Source: Cyanophora paradoxa CCMP329 (lineage: Eukaryota; Plantae; Glaucophyta). Taken from it: a stretch of 64,000 bases of DNA. Positions 58,871 through 64,000 of this stretch are shown one piece after another. The position numbers and the translations under genes are program-made. Under the pieces are notes generated by a model. That model was not told the origin of the DNA. It worked only from the letters and a program-made list of their open reading frames with translations, and searched no databases. The number at the start of each line of letters is the position of its first letter. Position 1 is the stretch's first letter. Location: positions 1 to 64,000 of the forward strand of contig QPMI01000673.1 of assembly GCA_004431415.1 (NCBI GenBank), read 5' to 3'.

Positions 58871-61800
58871 ATGAGGCTCGCAGCTGCGGACAAGGCGGAC
58901 CTTGTAAACAGGCTGTGCGTGGCGAGCAGAGAGCGTCCCGGGGGCGAGCGGGGGCGGCTCACGCGAGGGGCGCAGGGAGACGGCGACGGCGCACGTGATG
59001 GAGCAGCGGCGGCTGCTCGAGGCCGTCGCTGCCCGCAACTCGAGCGTCCACCTCCCCGCGCTGCCCCCCGAGCTCGAGGTCGCCTCTCGCCCCCCCCCCT
59101 CCCCTCCCTGGGCGCGCGCGAGGCGGGTTGGCTCACGGCGTGATGTGCAGGGCCTGAAGCGGGAGCAGGAGGCGCCGACGGGGGGGAGCGGGCGGCTGCG
59201 GGCGGGGAACGCGTCGCCGACGAGCCTGGAGGTGGAGGCGGTGATGTCGATGCCGCGCTCGAGCAGCCGGGGCGCCGTCATCGGGCGCGTCTCGGAGGAG
59301 GGGGAGATCCGGGAGCTGCGCGTCGCCCTCAAGGCGAGCGAGGCGGAGAAGCGGCAGCTGCAGGAGCGCTTCGACCGCGACGTCGGCATGCTCCGCGCCG
59401 CCATCGAGCAGGTCGAGTCCGAGCGCGCCGCCATGGCGATGCGCGCCGAGGACCTCGACCAGCGCCGCGGTCCGCCCCGCCCCGCCCCGGCCCCCGGCCC
59501 CCCGAGGCCGACGCCCCGCGCAGCGCGTGCCGAGCACGAGGCCCTGCGGCTCAAGGCGGAGATGGAGAAGGCGGGGGCGGGCGGGGCGGGCGGCGGCTCG
59601 GCGTGGAGCTTCCTGGGCGCGGCGCGGTCGCCGTCGCCGTCGCCGGCGGCGGGAGCGTCCGGTGCGGAGGAGCTGCGGGCGATGCGGCAGCGGGTGGCGG
59701 AGGCGCGGCGGGAGGTGCAGACGCTGGAAGAGATGGCGCACACGCTGAGCGGCGAGCTCGAGCGGCTCGTCTCGGAGCGCGCCGACGCCGCCCTCGCGGT
59801 CGCAGCCATGCGCCGCGACGCGGCCGCCCTCGCCTACGCCATCGGCGAGCACGCCGCCGAGGACGAGCGGCTCCGGGCGGAGCTGCAGACGGCGCGGGCG
59901 GAGCGGGAGGAGCTGGCGCGGCGGGCGGAGCTGCTCACGGGCCAGGCGGAGGCGGCGCTGCAGGCGGCCATGTCGCAGGCCGGCGAGCTCGGGGAGCGGG
60001 CGGCGCACCTCGCGAGCGGCTCCGCGCGGCGCGGCAAGCGGGAGGCGGAGCTGATGAAGCAGGTGGGGCAGCTGCGGGAGGAGCTCGAGCACGCGCGGGG
60101 GGCGCAGGCGGGGGCGGAGCGGAAGCTGGCGGCGATGGTGCACGCGCACGGGGAGGTGGAGGCGAGCGAGCGGGCGGCGCGGGAGGTGCAGTGGCGGCTC
60201 GAGGAGGAGGGCCGCGAGCTCAACCGGCACCTCCTCGCCGTGAACAAGGAGGCCGAGGTCCTCAAGGAGGCCCTCCGCAGCGCCGAGCTCGCCCGCGACG
60301 CCGCCGACGCCGAGCGCGCCGCCCTCCGCGCCCAGCTCCGCGCCGCCGGCATCGCCCCCGCCGCCGCCGCCGCCGCCCGAGCGCCGCCCCGTGCGCGGAG
60401 GAGGAGGTCCCCGTGGCGCACGCCTCGCCCGACGGCCCGCGCCGCTTCGTGCGCGCCGTGCGGCCCTCCGCCGGCCGATCCCCGACGGGGGCCGCCCCAG
60501 CGCCGACGGGAGCGCCCGCTCCGCGGGCCGAAGCGACAGCGGGACCCCGAGCTGGAGAGTCCCCGCGGGGGGCGCGGGGCGGCCGCCCTCGAGAGCCCCG
60601 CGCGCCGCACGCCGCCCCGCCTGCCCCGCCCCGCCCCGCAGGCCGACGCCGCCCCGGCGGCCGCCCCGGCGCTGGCGGCGGCGCCAACAGTGGACGAGGC
60701 GGTGGTCGCCTGTCTGAGGGAGCGCGCGGAGGCGGCCGAGGGACGGCTGCGGGGGCAGAGGCGGCGGCGGCGGGGCGGCGGAGCAGCGGGCGGCGCTGGA
60801 GGCGGAGCTGGCGCGGCTGCGGGAGGAGCTCGAGCGGATGCGCGCCGAGGCAGCGCTCGCCGCGGAGGCGGCCGCGGCGGCCGCGGAGGCGGCCGCGGCG
60901 CTCCCGGAGGCGGAGCTGGAAGCGGCGGCGGCAGCGGAGGCGGCGGCGGAGGCGGAGGGGGGGGCGCGGGGCGGGCCGGTGTCGCCGGCGCTGGAGGCGG
61001 CGCTGCCGACGGGCCCGGAGCAGGAGCTGAGCCTGGAGGTGGCGCAGCTGAAGGACCGGGTGGCGGAGCTGCTCGAGGACCGGGACGGGTACATGCGCGA
61101 GATCGAGAGCCTCGAGGACGGCCTCGTCGACCGGGACCTGGTCCGCACCCCGCGCCGCCCCCGCCGGGGCCGGCCCGAGGCGCCGCCCCCGCAGAAGCTC
61201 GCGGAGATCCAGGCGATGTCCGACGCGACCATCAACGGCCTCAACGCCCAGGCGCCGCCGGCCCCGCCTGAGCCCCGCGCCCCGTCGCTGAGGCGCCCCC
61301 GCAGGTCGCGGTGCTCAAGGCGCGGGTCGCCCAGCTCGAGGCCGTCCTGCCCGCCAGCGCCCGCAGCGGGCCGCCGGAGGACCCGCGGAGCCCCTCGCAG
61401 AGCCGAACGCCGGCGCGCAAGGCCGCCGGCGCCGCGAGGCCGCCGGCCGGCCCCGGCGACGCGAAGCCGACGCGGACGTCCCTCACGGGGCGCACTCCGG
61501 TCGTCGGGGCCTCCGCGCCAGCGGGCCGGCCCCTGGTCGACCCCCACGGGGGCCGCCGCCCGCGCCGCCCGCGGCCCCTCGCCGCCTCGGCGACGGGCTC
61601 GCTGGCGGTGGAGAACGGGGCGGGGCCGGGGCCGGGCCGGCGCGGATGAGCCCGTCGCGGGAGGCGCGCTTCGCCGGCAAGGCGCGCTACGCCGAGCCCG
61701 AGGGCTCCTCCCGGGCGGGAGCCCCGCGCGGGGCCGCAGCCCGCGCCCCGCGCCCCTCTCCTCCGACTCCCTCGACGCCCTGTGCGCCCCACAGGGCCCC

Positions 61801-62178
61801 CGGCCGCCCCGCCCGCCGCCTCACCGCCCCGCGCAGGCTCGACATCGTCCACGGCGGCTCCTCCTCCGAGATGCCCCTCGGTGCGCCCGCCGCCCTCTCC
61901 CCCGCCCCGCCGGCGGCGAGCGGGGGCCGGCAGGGGAGCCGGTGCGGTGCGAGAGCCCGACGCTGCCGGCGCGGGAGGAGGCGGAGGCGTGCTCGCCAGC
62001 GCTGCAGGGCGCCCTCGCCCCGCCCCTCTCCGCCTCCGCCTCCGCCCTCGACGCCTCGCCCCTCGCCTCCCCCTCCAGGGCGCCCCTCTCGTACCCCGCC
62101 AGCCCCATCCTCTCCGAAGAGCAGCGCGCCGCCGCCCCCCCGACCCGCCTCCGCCTCCCCGCTTCCCGCAGGCTCTGA
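58871..62178 (+). CDS. Long coiled-coil hypothetical protein (multi-exon)
   Basis: Extended Ala/Glu/Arg heptad exons and a Pro/Ser-rich tail. Start uncertain. Confidence 0.65.
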
Positions 62179-62471
62179 TCCCGGCCCCAGGCCCCTATTT
62201 CGTTCTTCCATTTCAACCCCAGAAGCTTCCCATCACATGCGTGCATTCTTTGAACCATTTATGGGACTGATGATTATTCGTGTATTGTTTTTTGATCAAC
62301 AGATTAAACAGCTCCGAGGCTCCACAAGACAAACAGGGCCTGCGCGTCTTCGCAGTGCTATGGTTATCATGTTCGATAGGACATTCTGGGATCAGAGTGG
62401 GGGGCAGGCTCGGAAGAAGGGATGGGGCGGGGGTGCTGTGGCCCTCGTGTGGGGTGCTGTGGGGGCGGGGG

Positions 62472-64000
62472 CTAGCAGCAGGCGTTGGAGGCCTCCTCGT
62501 TCATCCTGCGGTAGTCGGCGAGGACGTGCTCCAGCCACGCCCGCTCCCCCTCCGTCATCGACTCGCCCAGGGCCCCCTCCCCCGCCCCGCCCTCGTCCGC
62601 CGCCGCCTCCTCCGCCTCCGCCGGCGCCTCCTCCTCGCCCCCCTCGGGGGGCGGCGCGCTCTGCTCCCCCGCCGCCTCCGCCACCTCGAAGTCCTCCTCG
62701 TACTCCCCCGCCGGCGTCGGCGGGCGCGGCGGCGGCTCGAACGGCTGCAGGGGACCCCGCGGCCGTACCGCAGGCGCCTCCTCGCCGGCCGCCGCGCCGC
62801 CCGAGAGGCTAAGCGACTCCAGCCTGCGCGCCGCCGAGGGGACGCTCGCCGCCGCTGCCGCCGCCTTGCGGTCGGGCTTGCGCACGGGTGGCGGCGCCGC
62901 CTCCTCCGGAGGCGGCGGCGCGCTCTGCTCCCCCGCCGCCTCGCCGACAGCAAACGGGTCCCCCTCGGCGGACGCCCGCCGGGGCGGCGGCTTGGCCGGC
63001 GCCGGCGCCGCCCGGGCCGCGGAGGCGGGGCGCTGCGGGCCGGATGCGGGGGCGGCCTTGTGCGCGGCTCGCGCCGCCATGGCGGCCTCGTAGGGCAAGG
63101 GCTTGGCGGCGGGGGCCGAGGCGGGGCGCGCCGCCCCCGCCGGCTTGACGGCCTTGGAAGGCCTCGAGGAGGGGGCGGGAGGCGCCGCCGGCTTCGCGGG
63201 GCCGGCGCTGCGGGGGCGGGGGCGAAGCTCGCGGCGTACTCGCCGTAGACGCGCTGCCGGAAGGCGTCCCCCTCTGCCGACTCCCGCACCGCGCCCGCCC
63301 CGCTCGCCTCCGCCGGCGGCGGCGGCGGGGGCGCACTCTGCTCGCCCGCCCCGTCGTCCACCGCCGCGAAGGGGTCTGCCGCCTCCTGCCGCAGCTTGGC
63401 CGCCGCCCGCGCCCGCCCCGCCGCCGCCGCCGCCGACTCCGACCGGCCCGACCGGCCCGCCCCGCCGAGGCCTCCCCGCAAAGACGGAGCGTGGCTTGGG
63501 CGAGGCTGCCGCCGCCGTCGCCGACTCGGGCGCCGCCCGCCGCTTGGCCGCCGGCGGGACCGCCTCCGCGGCGCTCCGCGGACTCTCCGTGGCGCGCTCG
63601 GCGCGCAGTCGCCCCGTGCCGGCCGTCCCGAAGCTCGCGCCTGGAGCGCCCCTGCGCGCCTCGGCGGGGGACGCGGCGGGGCGGCGGGGGCGGTCTCGGG
63701 GCGGCCCACTCGCGCGCCGCCTCCTCGGCCTGCCGCGCCTCGAGCCGCGGGCGCTCGCCGGGCACCGTCCGCCCGAAGGCGGACTTGGGAGGCGGCCTCT
63801 CGGCCTCGGCGAGGCGGCGGGCGGCGGCGCGGCGCTCGCGCTCGTCCTCGGCGAGGGAGCCGCCCCGCAGGAGCACGCGCACGCGGCGCTCGGCGAGGGC
63901 GGCGCGCTGGAGGGCCCCCGGGGCGGTGCCCGTGGCCCCCAGCGTGCCGTAGATCTCGCTGGCGGCGCGGAGGCCCTCGACGGCCTTGCGCTTGCGGCCG
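62472..64000 (-). CDS. C-terminal part of a low-complexity hypothetical protein (begins beyond window end)
   Basis: Protein-like terminal exon with three GEQSAPPP repeats, ending WLEHVLADYRRMNEEASNACC-stop. Confidence 0.55.
   Translation of the reverse strand, partial: AASARPSRASAPPARSTARWGPRAPPRGPSSAPPSPSAACACSCGAAPSPRTSASAAPPPAASPRPRGRLPSPPSGGRCPASARGSRRGRPRRRRASGPPRDRPRRPAASPAEARRGAPGASFGTAGTGRLRAERATESPRSAAEAVPPAAKRRAAPESATAAAASPKPRSVFAGRPRRGGPVGPVGVGGGGGGAGAGGGQAAAGGGRPLRGGGRRGGRAECAPAAAAGGGERGGRGAGVGRGGRLPAARLRRVRRELRPRPRSAGPAKPAAPPAPSSRPSKAVKPAGAARPASAPAAKPLPYEAAMAARAAHKAAPASGPQRPASAARAAPAPAKPPPRRASAEGDPFAVGEAAGEQSAPPPPEEAAPPPVRKPDRKAAAAAASVPSAARRLESLSLSGGAAAGEEAPAVRPRGPLQPFEPPPRPPTPAGEYEEDFEVAEAAGEQSAPPPEGGEEEAPAEAEEAAADEGGAGEGALGESMTEGERAWLEHVLADYRRMNEEASNACC

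Noticed and set aside
1-64000. Hundreds of long Pro/Arg/Gly/Ala-rich overlapping ORFs in the track
   Set aside because: Expected from stop-codon scarcity at very high GC; they are antisense or off-frame to recognisable spliced genes.

Overview
Very GC-rich, gene-dense eukaryotic nuclear DNA. Genes are broken by many short (~50-80 nt) spliceosomal introns, frequently GC-AG, so most ORF-track entries are spurious or partial. Three proteins (IspE, a RETICULATA-related protein, a cyanobacterial-type YlxR) have simple transit-peptide-like leaders, suggesting a primary-plastid alga; a glaucophyte is my inference only. Housekeeping genes: tankyrase/PME-5-like ankyrin protein (partial), SHIPPO-repeat protein, patatin-like protein, GT41 glycosyltransferase, membrane thioredoxin-like protein, anoctamin, GH47 mannosidase, F-box/C2H2 protein, DH-PH RhoGEF, IspE, ORC4, RETICULATA-related protein, aldo-keto reductase, YlxR, APC15-like protein, TKL kinase and coiled-coil hypotheticals. 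The stand-out is an 11.76-kb insertion (11082-22839, bounded by an exact 12-bp direct repeat) that splits a PRA1 gene inside an exon. It appears nested: a ~950-bp captured gene fragment carries a ~10.8-kb TTAAG-bounded element. That element encodes an intron-rich Fanzor2/IS607-TnpB-type nuclease with an intact D-E-D triad and zinc ribbon. The nuclease appears fused downstream of a USP deubiquitinase, AT-hooks, a zf-CW finger, an AP2 domain and a zinc finger, and has an HRDC-like insert. The element also has subterminal direct repeats at its left end and a highly structured omegaRNA candidate at its right end. Exon boundaries were read by eye and are approximate; this copy shows several apparent frameshifts upstream of the nuclease core.
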